A stretch of 64,000 nt of DNA from a bacterium (GTDB lineage Bacteria; UBA8248; JACPRG01; G963555815), in NCBI GenBank assembly GCA_965261595.1, contig CBDHDG010000003.1:96001-160000 (forward strand), in the 5' to 3' direction. The notes under the pieces are model-generated. The model saw nothing but the letters and a program-made list of their open reading frames with translations. It did no database searches and had not been told where the DNA came from. Below, piece by piece: positions 30,259-41,748 of the stretch. Every line of letters starts with the position of its first letter. The first letter of the stretch is position 1. Position numbers and translations under genes: made by a program.

Positions 30259-31221
30259 ATGATGCAGATTCGGTACATCGACGAGGCAGTGGTCCGCTGG
30301 CTTCTCCTTCCCGAGGAGGCGCTGGAAATCGTGGAACAGGACTTCTGTGAGCGACCAGCGATACCTCCGGTCTTACCGAAGGTCCGACTTCTCCGGATGG
30401 ACCTCCACGAGCGCTACGGCCAGGTCTTGTTGGTAAAGAGTTGCGCCCTCCCCGATCTGGAGGTGGCGGGTGTGCGCGTCTTTGGATCGGGAGCCCGCTT
30501 CATTGTCTTGATGGACATTAAAACCCTAAAGACCCTGGCCTGGGTGGATGACAATTGGCTCTACCAACTCAGGACAGCGGCCGAGGGCACCGTGGCGATG
30601 AAGCGGCTGGCGAAACCCGGACCCGTCATCCTGGGACTAATTGGAGCTGGAGTCCTGGCCCGCCCGTTCCTTCATCTCGCCTCCAAGGTGGCCCAGCTGA
30701 CCGAGGTGCGGGTTACCTCGCGCACTACCGCGAGCCGCACCGCCTTGGCGCAAGAGATGGGGGCGGCCTTGGGGGTGCCCATTCGGGCGGTTGATACCGT
30801 CGAAGAAGCCGTTCGGGGGGCCTCGGTGATTGCTACGCTGACGACGGCCACGGCTCCCCTTGTGAGGGCTGAGTGGGTGAAAGCTGGAGCACTGATCGTA
30901 TCGATGGGGAATAGCCAGGAACTAGCGCCTGAGGTATTCCAGCGCGCCGACAAGGTGATCGCAGACGACTGGGAGACCTGCAAGAACTTGGGGGACATTG
31001 CCGTCGCGATCCGCGAGGGGTTTATGGCTGAGGCGGACTTCTACGGGGAAATGGGCGAGGTTTTCCGTGGGGACAAACCCGGCCGGGAGGGCCCCCGCGA
31101 AGTCATCCTCGTCGTCCCGCAGGGGATGATCACCCAGGACGTTTTGTTGGCCCACCACGTCTACCGGAAGGCTTTGGCGGAACGAATGGGGACGGTCTGG
31201 CGGACCGAATCGACCGTCTAA
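30259..31221 (+). CDS. Ornithine cyclodeaminase/mu-crystallin family protein
   Basis: LRTAA, GLIGAG..A, EEAVRGA.VI.T.T and G....QD. Confidence 0.88.
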   Translation: MMQIRYIDEAVVRWLLLPEEALEIVEQDFCERPAIPPVLPKVRLLRMDLHERYGQVLLVKSCALPDLEVAGVRVFGSGARFIVLMDIKTLKTLAWVDDNWLYQLRTAAEGTVAMKRLAKPGPVILGLIGAGVLARPFLHLASKVAQLTEVRVTSRTTASRTALAQEMGAALGVPIRAVDTVEEAVRGASVIATLTTATAPLVRAEWVKAGALIVSMGNSQELAPEVFQRADKVIADDWETCKNLGDIAVAIREGFMAEADFYGEMGEVFRGDKPGREGPREVILVVPQGMITQDVLLAHHVYRKALAERMGTVWRTESTV

Positions 31222-31406
31222 GAGACACACCTCCCTCCTTCATGCCCTCGACCGGTATGGAGAGGGGCTTATCCGCCTATAAGGTGGTCGGAACTAGCTT
31301 ACAATAGGACTTTGGTCATTTTAACCTGGTTGCTCGTCACAGTCAATCTAAATTGACGCGCCTCGAACCTCCGCAAAGGGTAAAAGGTCGAAAGGACAAA
31401 GGGTAA

Positions 31407-31964
31407 TTATGGAGCCTTGGCGCAACGAAAACCCAGGAAGTTGTGCCTGCTGCCCGGTTGGTCCCCGTCCCGGTACGCCGCGCGGAAGTCCGTTGGATTG
31501 CCGTAGAGCCACGAGCCGCCGCGAACCACGCGCCTGGTGCCCGTAGCAGGACCCTTCGGGTTGCGAGCCGGGGCGGTCCGGTAATAATCCTCCTCGTACC
31601 AGTCCCCCACCCACTCGGACACATGCCCCGACATGTCCACAGCCCCATAAGGGCTCCTGTGGGTGCTGTACGTCCGGTCCACGGGATGCGTCTTGCCGCC
31701 GCTGTTTTTTCTCCAGATCACTTTCGATCCGTCCGCCCAATCATTCCCCCAGGGATAATTCCGGCCATTCACCCCACGAGCCGCCTTTTCCCATTCGGCC
31801 TCTGTCGGCAACCCCTTCCCTGCCCATCTGCAATAAGACCGCGCATCTTTCCAGCTCACCTGGACCACGGGGTGACGGAGGCGGTTTCGATAGCTGCTGT
31901 CGCCACCGGTCGGGGATTTCCAGCTATAGACCACCTTTTCTATCAATCCTTCCAAATTTTCCAT
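31407..31964 (-). CDS. FGE-sulfatase/SUMF1 (C-type lectin fold) domain protein, N-terminally truncated; candidate DGR target
   Basis: HPVVQVSW.DA..YC.WAG..LPTEAEWEKAARG, DMSGHVSEWV.DWY and RGGSW...GFRCA. Confidence 0.85.
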   Translation of the reverse strand: MENLEGLIEKVVYSWKSPTGGDSSYRNRLRHPVVQVSWKDARSYCRWAGKGLPTEAEWEKAARGVNGRNYPWGNDWADGSKVIWRKNSGGKTHPVDRTYSTHRSPYGAVDMSGHVSEWVGDWYEEDYYRTAPARNPKGPATGTRRVVRGGSWLYGNPTDFRAAYRDGDQPGSRHNFLGFRCAKAP

Positions 31965-32057
31965 TTTTCCTTCCTTCGCAAAACTCGATTCACTCAGGAA
32001 ATTGGGGTGGTCCGTGACGCTCGTTACTCATTCCGGCCCATAGCGGCCCGCCAATTA

Positions 32058-32822
32058 TCAGGGAGCCATGCGGACAAGGACACCGTGTTTTTGTAAATAT
32101 TCCTTCACAGACGCGATGCTCCACGCTCCATAATGAAAGATCGAGGCGGCCAGGGCCGCGTCCGCTTTCCCCTCGACCAAACCTTCGCGGATATGCGCCG
32201 GGTTCCCGACGCCCCCCGAGGCGACCACCGGAATCGAAACGGCGTCGGCCACGGACCGGGTCAGCTCTAAGTCATAACCTTCTTCCGTTCCATCTCTGTC
32301 GATGCTGGTCAGGAGGATCTCTCCGGCGCCGAGCCGGTTTGCCTCCACCACCCACTCCAGCACGTCACGCCCCGTCGGCTCCCGGCCCCCATAGGTGTAC
32401 ACCTCCCAGCGGCCCCCTTCCTTTCGTTTGGCGTCCATGGCTAAGACGATGCACTGACTGCCGAATCGTCGGGCGCCTTCCCGGATCAGCTCGGGGCGCA
32501 GAATAGCGGCCGTGTTGATGGACACCTTGTCCGCCCCGGCCAGGAGCAGCGCTCTCATGTCCTCCACGGTCCGGATGCCTCCGCCCACGGTCACCGGAAC
32601 GAAGGCCCGCTCCGCGGTCCGCGCGACGATATCTAACAGGATGGGCCGATTTTCATGGGACGCCGTGATGTCGAGAAACGTGATCTCGTCCGCCCCTTGG
32701 TCGCTGTAAGCTTCCGCGGCTTCCACCGGGTCGCCGGCGTCCCGCAGGTTGAGGAAGTTCACACCCTTCACCACGCGGCCGTTGTTGACATCCAAACAGG
32801 GGATGATCCGCTTGGCTAACAT
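32058..32822 (-). CDS. hisF: Imidazole glycerol phosphate synthase cyclase subunit
   Basis: [40 protein letters not shown] and AALAASIFH. Confidence 0.97.
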   Translation of the reverse strand: MLAKRIIPCLDVNNGRVVKGVNFLNLRDAGDPVEAAEAYSDQGADEITFLDITASHENRPILLDIVARTAERAFVPVTVGGGIRTVEDMRALLLAGADKVSINTAAILRPELIREGARRFGSQCIVLAMDAKRKEGGRWEVYTYGGREPTGRDVLEWVVEANRLGAGEILLTSIDRDGTEEGYDLELTRSVADAVSIPVVASGGVGNPAHIREGLVEGKADAALAASIFHYGAWSIASVKEYLQKHGVLVRMAP

Positions 32823-33361
32823 CTGGCGGGCTCCAAAAAGCGGGCGGGGTCTTCGATGGAACCTATCCCCCCCCCCTCGGACACAACGGCTTTATTTCCC
32901 TTCAAGGCGGCCTTTCCCAATTGAGAACGGACGGCCGGGGTGAGTCCGGCCCGCTGTGAAGACATCTGGAGCTTCCCTGATGGTGAACGCGTATTTCTCA
33001 CCAACCGCTGGTCTTGCACTTCGCTTGCCGAATGGAGCGCCACCGGTAGTTTGCGCCGTGAAAGTCGGTTGATTCGCGCAACGGTTGTTTTTCCGGGCGG
33101 GTACGGGGAAAGACTCCCTATTCTCACACCCAGAGGAAGAACACGCCAGCCATTCTTCACACAGGTCAAGATACAAGGGTCGGTCCAAGCCTGCCCTTTG
33201 CGAAGGCAGGGGGTCGGAATTTCAAACCCTCTAGATTCGAGTAATAAAATCAATTCATTAGGGGATTCTTGCCCCTTTCCAAATTTAGGGGGTTGCCCAA
33301 AGGTTGCCCAAAATTTGTGGGTAATTCTGAGATAAAATGACGTTGAAGGCAAGTTTCAATC

Positions 33362-34267
33362 GTATTTATATACTTGACACAGACGACCACAACATGTAGG
33401 TCGCGCCCGCGTCTCGGCTGACCACAAGATGTAGGGGCATGCTTCCATCGATCCGTTTCCAGAAGATGCGCTCTATCAGATCGTTCGGTTTCATTGATCG
33501 ATAAAATCCACGCGCTGAATATCGCCCTTTTCATTGAAGTGTAAAAACAACTTTTTGTTTATATGCAATGTGTTGTTGGTTTTTCCTTTTCTTCCGTACT
33601 TAAACTCAAATTCAAGACCGCCCTCAAAAACGCCGCTTCTCTTCTGCTCTATAGGATATGTAGTGATCGTCAAACCACCCCATCCCTCCTGCAGGGATGG
33701 TATAGCTATTCTTGGCATATGGCTCTTTTGTCGGGTACAACTTATCAAATGTTGAGACGACATTTACAACCTCAAATGTCACCGGGAAAAGAGCTTTGTT
33801 GTTAAACGTAGCACCAATCCGCAGTGATTTTACTACACCAGCTTTGTCGATTATTCTGTCAGTTCTCACACTATGAAAGTTAAGCATATCCGCAACTCTA
33901 TTACGATACCGCCATTCGCTGAATCGCAACAATCCCATAGAGGAAACTGAAAACAGAATGACCGCTCCAACATATAGGTTGAACAACTGGATATGTTGCG
34001 CAAAACCGATCATGACGCCAGCCGCCGTGACCGCAATGGGCCATATCCAGCTCCGCAGTAATTCACCCGCCAAAAAGAGGGCGACTTTGCGAAGCCAATT
34101 GAGCATGATTCAGTCATTGTATGATCCCTCTTCGGTTGAGTCAAGCGCATAATTGCGAATCCAACTCCACCATGACTTGAGTTGAAGCATGCCCCTACAT
34201 CTTGTGGTCAGCCGAGACGCGGGGACGATCTACATGTTGTGGTCGTCTGCGTCAAGTACATAATTCC
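33362..34267. mobile_element. Non-autonomous cassette bounded by ~85-bp inverted repeats (IS1595-like ends)
   Basis: 33362-33445 is the near-identical reverse complement of 34184-34267; no transposase inside. Confidence 0.75.
33491..34106 (-). pseudogene. AT-rich hypothetical membrane-anchored cargo gene with one frameshift
   Basis: ORFs 33624..34106 (2 N-terminal TMs) and 33491..33763 overlap; together they fill the space between the IRs. Confidence 0.6.
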
Positions 34268-34848
34268 GAATCAAATTGCGGGGGCCGGAGGGATTTCCAA
34301 GACACGGTGTCCGATGTGTTCCCGCCGGGATTGTGTCGTGTGCCCGAGGACCATGACCTGCTTTTGGTCCCTTTCCATCACAGAGTCTAGCATGGGGCCG
34401 GCGTTGTGGGCGGTTTGGAGTTGCGTTTCTTTCCCCCGATCATGCCAACCGAATCTCTCCTGGCAGATGGGCGGGGCTTGGGCCTGGACAGGGGTCGCAC
34501 ACAGGTTGTGTCACCATTTGAAAATGAGAGGGCCGCTGAGTAACAGAAAACCTGTGGTAACGTAGCGATTCCTTGGCGTTTTCGGGAGCGTAGCCGGGGC
34601 AGCGGCGGAAATTCCGCTTCGGCGCGGATCCCGGGGTTTTTATGGAGAACCACGGACGGTTACCCGCCACGCCACGCCTTCATCGAGATTGCTGATAAAA
34701 AGCGGTCGCCTAGAATCCAATCTCGGCGCTTCTTTCGGCAGTCGATTGGGTTGTCGAGAATAAGGCCGGGTTTTTATGGAATTTCGCGTCTGGTCAGTTC
34801 ATCTTTTAGAATTCACCCAGGATGATGTAGTGATGCAAGAAGCGTCAA

Positions 34849-36710
34849 ATGATGTTTAAATCCAAAAAGTGTTTTTCCATCGGTGCTCTTCTCGTCCTTA
34901 TCAACACGGCGTTCGTTGTTTGGAGCTCGAATGAGTTTCTGGGCTCGAATGCGCCGCAGGGTTGGGGTTTTGCTGGGTGGTATGGGACGCTTCTGGCGAT
35001 CGATTGGTTTTTGGTCCGAATGCTCACGCCGGTGCGGGGGCTCCAGTGGGCGTTGCTCTTGCATATATTCCTTCCAGCCTGGATAGCGCTCATCCAGCAT
35101 ACGGCCATCTTGTCGATCGTGTTCGACGGAGAGTTTCACTACGATGTGTACGCGGGGGCATTCATCTTTTTGGCGATGTGGGGATTCTTTTGGTCAACGC
35201 TGAAGGTTACCTGGGGGGAGGGAGCGATCTGGAAGACGCTACGTGGTTCCCCGCTGGGGTTCATCGCGCCCTCTTTGGCGGTTGTAACGATTTGCCTTCC
35301 CGCCTTATACGGGGCTTGGTTTTGGTCGTTCACCGCTCTGCTCCTCGCGACTGGAACATTCTTTTCTTTGGGTCAAATCACGGTGTTGCGCGCAGGCCTT
35401 CGGTGGCTGAACGGCCGCCCAACCAGGTTCTTTGTGATCGCCATCTTGCTTGTTTCCACCTTGTTTCGGATAGGGGCCGTTCTGTCCCTCAATCGACACA
35501 TCGATGAGAGCAAGCCTTGGGGAAGATCCGGTTGGGGCTATCATAACGTTGCCAAGATGGTGGCCATCGATCCCGCCGCGATGCTGCGCCCCCGTCAGTG
35601 GGGCGTCGAGATTCGACTTAAGGCAGAGCCCGCCGCACCGGGCAATGAGATGCCGTATCTTTTCGAGACGAAGCCTGGTTACGGGTTGGTCCTGGGGGTT
35701 TTTTTTACTGGTTGACGCGTCCCACGGCGTCGGTGGGAAGGTGGTTCAATCTTGTTGTTTCACTCTTCACGCTTTGGTTCACATTTTACTTGACGAGGCG
35801 GGTTTGGAACGAGACCGCCGGCGTCATCGCGTTGACTCTCCACGCGAGTTCCTCCTATTTGCTTTGGCAGGGGATCTACATCGATGAATCGACCTTGGCG
35901 TGGTTGTGCTTTCAAATTTCCGTATATCTCGGAATCCGCTTGTTCGGGCGCCAACCCAGAACTCGAGGGTTGATCTATTCTTTCATCCTGGGACTCGCCC
36001 TTTGGTTTTTTACGTTCATCCGCCCGGACAACTTGTACCTTTTCGGACTGTTTTGGATTTTCCTGTTGATTCGAGGTGGACGGCGTCAAATCGGACAGTT
36101 GGTAGGTGTCTTGCTGGTCTTTGTGGCCCTATGGGTCGGTTGGGGCTTCAGAAACCGGTGGGTCTACGATCGATTCTTCCTGACAGACAATTCTTTCTCC
36201 AAGGTGTTCTTCAGGAGGGCCAACCCGCATTTGGAACGAGTCGGGGCCTTTAAAAGTGAAGGGCTTGAGGGTATACTCTGGACGATGGTGAATTCACCCA
36301 TTGTGTTCACCAGAACGGTCCTTGGGGCCGGGGTCACCTGGGAGCGCCTTTATGGATTTTTTGACCGGCGAGAGTTTGCCTTTTGGCATATGAGTTTTCT
36401 CAGCCTGTTCGATGCAAGCTTGTATAGCTTCTTTTTCGGCCTTGGAGTTGATATCGCCATGCTCGTTGGAATCCCGATTGCCTTAAGACGGGGATGGTGG
36501 ATGCCTGCCGCGTTGCTGTTGGCTATCGCATACCGGGTAACCACGGCGGTTCTCTTGTTCTGGGCCCAGAATTACAGGATTTGGGTAGAGCCTTTCACGC
36601 TCACGTTTGCGGCATGCGGCGTGTATTGGCTGTATCGAAAGACCATTGGGGATTCGACCATAACCGAATCGTCGTCAAGGGACAATCTCCAAAATTTGGA
36701 ATACCTTTGA
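34849..36710 (+). pseudogene. Multi-TM GT-C (ArnT/PMT-like) glycosyltransferase, split at a G5T8 homopolymer
   Basis: KPGY.L.LG..., ESTL and IRP motifs; ORFs 34849..35715 and 35712..36710 fuse with one extra T. Confidence 0.65.
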
Positions 36711-36730
36711 AACCGGATTCGGACTTTTGA

Positions 36731-38802
36731 GATGAGTAACAAGAAGAAGATCATCGTCCTTGGCACAGGGGGAAACTCCCTCGATATTATAGATACAATC
36801 AACGATATCAATCTGGCTTCTGGAAGAGTGATATGAGTGTGTTGGTCTTTTCGGTGATAATCAATCCAACTGGGGAAATGTCTTCTTAAGGATCGAGGCG
36901 CTCGGGGATCTCGATATGGCTTCGGATTGTGGAGACTGTCAATTTGTTTCCGGAATTGGGAGCCCTTCCAATTTTTTGAGGAAAGGCTCAATTTTAGCCC
37001 GGACGCACCTTCTGATCGAGTGGGATGAAACCATTGTTCACCCTACCGCAAGTTTTTCGTGGACGGCCGAATTTGGCGAAGGACTGTGGTCTTTCAAAAT
37101 GTTACGATTACATCGAATGTGAGGATCGATCATCAGGTGGTTATTCTGCCAAATTCCATCATCGGCTACGATGATGGAATCGGAGATCTGGCCTACGTCA
37201 CAGGCGGTGTTTGCATGTGAGAGAGGGTTTCCATCGGCCGGAGTTGCCGCCTGGGGACGAACTGCACGATTCGGGATGATTTAAGGATCGGCGATTACTG
37301 TTTTATCGCAATAGGGAGTTGGACCGCCCCTGGGTTATTGGACACTCGGGTGAGGGTATTCGACCTCATGCGGCCTCCGCAACTTGAGCGAGTTTTTCCT
37401 GCCTTGCCTGGGCCGGCGTTCGGTAGCCGTAGCCCTCGAGAATCCAATGATGGTTGTACAGGTTCTTGAACTCAAGCAGCGCCCACCGCAGTTCCTCTAC
37501 GGTGGCGAAAGAGCGCACCCACAGGAGATTCTCCTTCAAGATGCGGATGAACCACTCACAGTAGCCATTTCCCTCGGGCGCCCGCACGAAGCTGGGCGAA
37601 CTGGTCATGCCCAGGTAGGCGATCTCCCGCTGAAAGTCATCGGACAGATAGGCGGGGCCGTGGTCGTGACGAACTTTAAGCCCCTCGGCGACGTCCGCCT
37701 CCAAGCCGGCGAAGCGCTCGGCGACCCCCTGCCGGATCGGCTCCAGGGCCTCGAAGCGGTTGCCGCTCTTGGCCGCATGGATCCCCACGCAGTCCACCGA
37801 GCAGTGATCCACCGCCACGAACACCGAGGCCATCCCCTCCTCGGTGGTCACCGTCGTCGTCATGTCCGTGCCCCACATTCGGTCGGGCCGCTCGGTGCGG
37901 ATGGTCCCGTTGTGGGCCTTGGGACCTCGGGGTTTGCCCACCCGGTGGGGGGCCTGAAGCCCCGCCTCCCGCATCAGGCGACGCACCCGCTCCTTGCTGG
38001 TGCGGATGCCCGCGAAGCGCAGCCTCGCCCACACCTTGCGGTAGCCCTCGCCATGGAAGGGAGAGTCCTCCAGGACCTGCCGGATGTGGCCGAGGAGTTC
38101 CGCATCGGTGCACGGGCCCACAGGGCCGCGCTTATTGGGCGTGGGGCGTTCATGAACGGGGACCGCCTCTCGCCGCCGTTGCGCGTAGACCGTGGAGCGC
38201 GCCAAGCCCCAAAGGGCGCACACCCGCTTCAGGCCGTAGGCTCTGCCCGTGGAGGTGAAGCGGGCCTGACTCATCGCCTCCACCTCCTGCCGGCTAAAGG
38301 GCGGCCGGCCTCCAGGCGGTCGATCTTCTCCCGCAGGACCTCGCCCTCCATCGTGAGTTCGCCCACCTTGGCCTTGAGCCGGGCGTTCTCCTCGTCCCGC
38401 TCATCCGCCGGGCGGGCTTTGAGCGCCGCCTCGCCCCCGCGAAGGAACGCCTCGCGCCAGGCGGAAAGCCGAGCCGCTGTCGTGCCCAACTCGCGGCAGA
38501 GCGTCTCCAGGCTCTCGCCCCGCAAAAGACGCAGGACCGCCTCCCGCTTGCGCTGGCAGGAGAACCGACCCCGCTCACTGCGATGCCCTGGGGCCTTGGC
38601 TCCGTTCGCCCTGCGGGCGCCCTCCGCCAAAGCCCCCTCTTGCTTTTGTTCGTTCATCGCGACACCCCTTTCTCCATGAATCATGGATCAATCGAGTGTC
38701 CAACAAAACCCTAGAGCGGGGGAGAGTGCCGTATCAAAAGATGTTGCGGACAACAGTCTTGTCGCCGAAAATCCCGCGCCGTTTGTTAGAACGCTTCAGT
38801 AA
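36731..38802 (+). pseudogene. PglD/NeuD-like sugar acetyltransferase, frameshifted and interrupted by IS3
   Basis: MSNKKKIIVLGTGGNS.., ETIVHPTA and hexapeptide remnants; C-terminus SAVSKDVADNSLVAENPA resumes after the IS. Confidence 0.7.
37320..38723 (-). mobile_element. IS3-family element (second type), copy 1, with 4-bp TSD GAGT
   Basis: Ends TGGACCGCCCCTGGG..TTGGACACT and AGTGTCCAA..CCCTAGAGCGGGGGA; orfA 38271..38684, orfB 37366..38283; GAGT on both flanks. Confidence 0.93.
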
Positions 38803-38814
38803 GGCATCGACGCG

Positions 38815-39834
38815 ATGATTGGGATCGGGCTGATCGGTTACGGGTATTGGGGACCCAATCTGGCCAGGAATTTTTCCGCTCAAGGCGAGTGCCGTGTTGT
38901 TGGAATCTGTGACACGCGGCCGGATCGGCTCCAGCGCGCGGTTCATACTTATTCCGATGCAAAAATGACAGCGGACTACAGGACCTTGTTGGCTTGTCCG
39001 GAAATCGATTTGATCCTGGTCGCCACTCCGGTTCAACTGCATTACCCGATAGCCTAGGAAGCCCTTTTGGCCGGGAAGGATGTTCTGGTCGAAAAGCCCC
39101 TGACGCGAACCGCCGGGGAGGCCAGGGAGCTCGTAGGCCTTGCGGAAGACGCCGGACGCATTTTGGCTGTGGACCATACGTTCCTTTACAGCGGCGCGGT
39201 CTTGAAAGTGAAAGAGCTGATTGATCAAGGAGAGCTCGGAAAGATTACCTATATCGACTCGGTTCGGGTCAACCTGGGGCTTTTTCAAGAGGATGTCAGT
39301 GTGATCTATGATCTTGCGCCTCACGTTCTATCCATTGTGGATTTTCTGATCGGCCGCGAACCGGTCTTCGTTCGGGCCATGGGAACCCGGCATGCAGACA
39401 ACCACATGGAGCACCTCGCCTACCTTCATTTGGAATATGAGGATGGTTTGATCGCCCATTTTCATTTGAACTGGCTGGCGCCCGTCAAGATCCGTCGCGC
39501 CCTGATCGGCGGGACGAAAAAAATGATTGTTTATGATGACCTTGAGCAGAGTGAAAAGGTGAAGGTCTATGACAAGGGGGTTGTCATCCGAAGTGATGAT
39601 CGTGATTCCCTCAACCGGGTGTGCTTTGATTACCGGATGGGGGACATGGTGGCGCCCAAACTGGAATACCGGGAACCGCTGGACGCGGAAGCGGAGCATA
39701 TCTTGGTTTGCGTACGGACCCGGACGCGTCCCCGCGCGGACGGAGAGGCCGGCTATCGTGTTACGAGAATCCTTGAAGCCGCTCAAAGGTCCATTCAAAG
39801 AGGCGGTGTCCCGGTAGGCCTGGAAAACGACTGA
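38815..39834 (+). pseudogene. Gfo/Idh/MocA oxidoreductase with an in-frame TAG at 39055
   Basis: GYGYWGPNLARNF...HYPIA*EALLAGKDVLVEKP...DLAPH; both ORFs are in the same frame. Confidence 0.88.
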
Positions 39835-40313
39835 TGGACGCGCCCTTCGCCAGAATTGCGGACGATGTCAAATTGGGGAAGGGTGTAAAGCTCGTCGGAT
39901 ATTGCAACCTGTACGGTTGCGAGATTGGCGATGACACCAGCATCGGTCCATTCGTCGAGATCCAAACGGGCGCCAGCATCGGAGCACGCGTCAAAGTTCA
40001 AAGCCATTCTTTCATCTGTACGGGAGTGCGGATCGAGGATGAGGTATTCGTAGGCCACGGCGTAATGTTTATCAATGACAGGTTCCCGCGCGCGACGGGA
40101 AATGATGGGAATCCCAAGAGCCCGGAGGACTGGGCGTGTGAACGGACGCTGGTCAAACGAAGGGCCTCCATCGGCAGCAACGCAACGGTTCTTTGCGGAG
40201 TGACCATTGGTGAAGAAGCGGTCATAGGGGCTGGGAGCGTTGTGACCAAAGATGTGCCGGCCCGGGCGGTTGCCGCGGGGAATCCAGCGAAAACTCTCCG
40301 CTATTTGGATTAG
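39834..40313 (+). CDS. Hexapeptide-repeat sugar N-acyltransferase (WxcM/FdtC-like)
   Basis: [30 protein letters not shown] and [14 protein letters not shown]. Confidence 0.9.
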   Translation: MDAPFARIADDVKLGKGVKLVGYCNLYGCEIGDDTSIGPFVEIQTGASIGARVKVQSHSFICTGVRIEDEVFVGHGVMFINDRFPRATGNDGNPKSPEDWACERTLVKRRASIGSNATVLCGVTIGEEAVIGAGSVVTKDVPARAVAAGNPAKTLRYLD

Positions 40314-40374
40314 TATTGCGAGAATGAAAAACTATCTTTCTTGAAGGCTGGGCCAACGGGGAGTCCTGAAATTC

Positions 40375-41397
40375 ATGCGGCTTGAGAATGGCTCCGTTGT
40401 TGTGACCGGAGGGGCGGGGTTTATCGGAAGTCACCTCGTGGATCGCCTGCTGGGCGCGAATCATTCTGTTTGTGTGGTTGATGATTTTTCCACCGGCCAT
40501 TTTAAGAATCTCGCGCGGCATGACGGCAATTCCCGCTTATCCATCGAGGAAGCGAACGTCCTCGATGAAGAGATGATGATCCGCCTGTTTGACGGGGCCG
40601 ACTATGTATTTCATCTCGCCGTCCAAAACGTCCGATTGAGTCTGCGCCGGCCCACCCTGGTGCACGAAGTGAACGCCACCGGAACTCTGAATGTTCTTAA
40701 AGCAGCGGCCGCGGCGGGCGTGAAACGATTCCTCTATTGTTCAAGCTCCGAGGTGAACGGCACGGCGGACGTCGTTCCCATGCCAGAAGATTATCATTTT
40801 CGGCCAGAAACGATCTATGGCGCATCGAAGTTGGCCGGTGAGTACTACACGCAAGTATTCCAGCGGGCCGGGTGGCTATCCACAGTCATCGCCCGCCCTC
40901 ATAATTCGTATGGTCCCAGGGAACATTACGAGGGTTACAAAGGCGAGGTCATTCCTCGATTCATCCTGTCCGGATTGGGGCGGAAGCCGCTGACCATCTC
41001 TGGAGACGGCTCTCAAACAAGGGATTTCACGTATGTCACGGAAACGGCGGATTTTCTTGTGAGGCTCATGGCGTCTGAGAATGCGTTGGGGGGGACGTTC
41101 AACATCTGTCGGGGCCAGGAGGTGTCCATTCGCGAGATTGCCGACCGCGTTATCGAATTAACCGGCAGTGAGGCGGGGATCGAGTATTTGCCATCCCGCC
41201 CCAGTGATGTTTTGCGGCTCCATGGCGACCCAGCCCGTCTTCGGGCAGTTCTCAAGGACTCCCCTCAAATCACGATCCACGAGGGTTTGTCACAGACCGT
41301 AGAATTGGTTCCGGAAAAATGTCCCCGTCACGGGGGAGATTCTGGCCTCTTTGGAACCTGAAAACTGGGACAGCGTGGAATGCGAATACTGGATGTG
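40375..41397 (+). CDS. NAD-dependent epimerase/dehydratase; C-terminal frameshift likely
   Basis: TGGAGFIGSHL, YGASK and GDGSQTRDFTYV; the expected 'GL..TVEW' tail shifts frame near 41300. Confidence 0.85.
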
Positions 41398-41437
41398 ATC
41401 CCCTCGGGTTAATGAATCAAGGTTCCAACACGGAAAT

Positions 41438-41620
41438 GGATGGTCGCCGGGTCAAATCCGCTTCATTTCCCGGACCGACACCTAGGGAGAAGGAGGTTCC
41501 GGCCGCCCCGGAAGCCATCCTGTCCGATTGGATGACGCATTGATCTCGTGACCCCGTGTTCGACGGGTCTTTGGCGCCTTACATGGGACCGCCCACGGCA
41601 GTGGGACCTCGATCCGTTCC
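41438..41620 (+). pseudogene. Possible DegT/DnrJ aminotransferase N-terminal relic
   Basis: P.P...E..AA.EAILSDWMT resembles the DegT start 'EE..AA.EAI.SGW.T.GP'; heavily degraded. Confidence 0.4.
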
Positions 41621-41748
41621 AGGGTAATACCCCTGGAGCGAGTGACCGTCGCGTTTGATCGGGGGATTCTGTTCGATGCGGTCCCGAGATGGTGAATTTT
41701 TCGAGAGATTATCACCGGGGTTAGGAACTTCTCTTTCTGAGAGAGTGC

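Noticed and set aside
32823..33360. ORFs upstream of hisF
   Set aside because: No recognisable motifs or RBS; not hisA or hisH.
34630..34785. Short direct repeat GGGTTTTTATGGA (two copies)
   Set aside because: Only two short copies with no further structure; cannot be distinguished from chance.
39055..39057. Pyrrolysine or amber recoding of the Gfo/Idh/MocA TAG
   Set aside because: No pyl genes in the window and neighbouring genes are also broken; a nonsense mutation or sequencing error is simpler.
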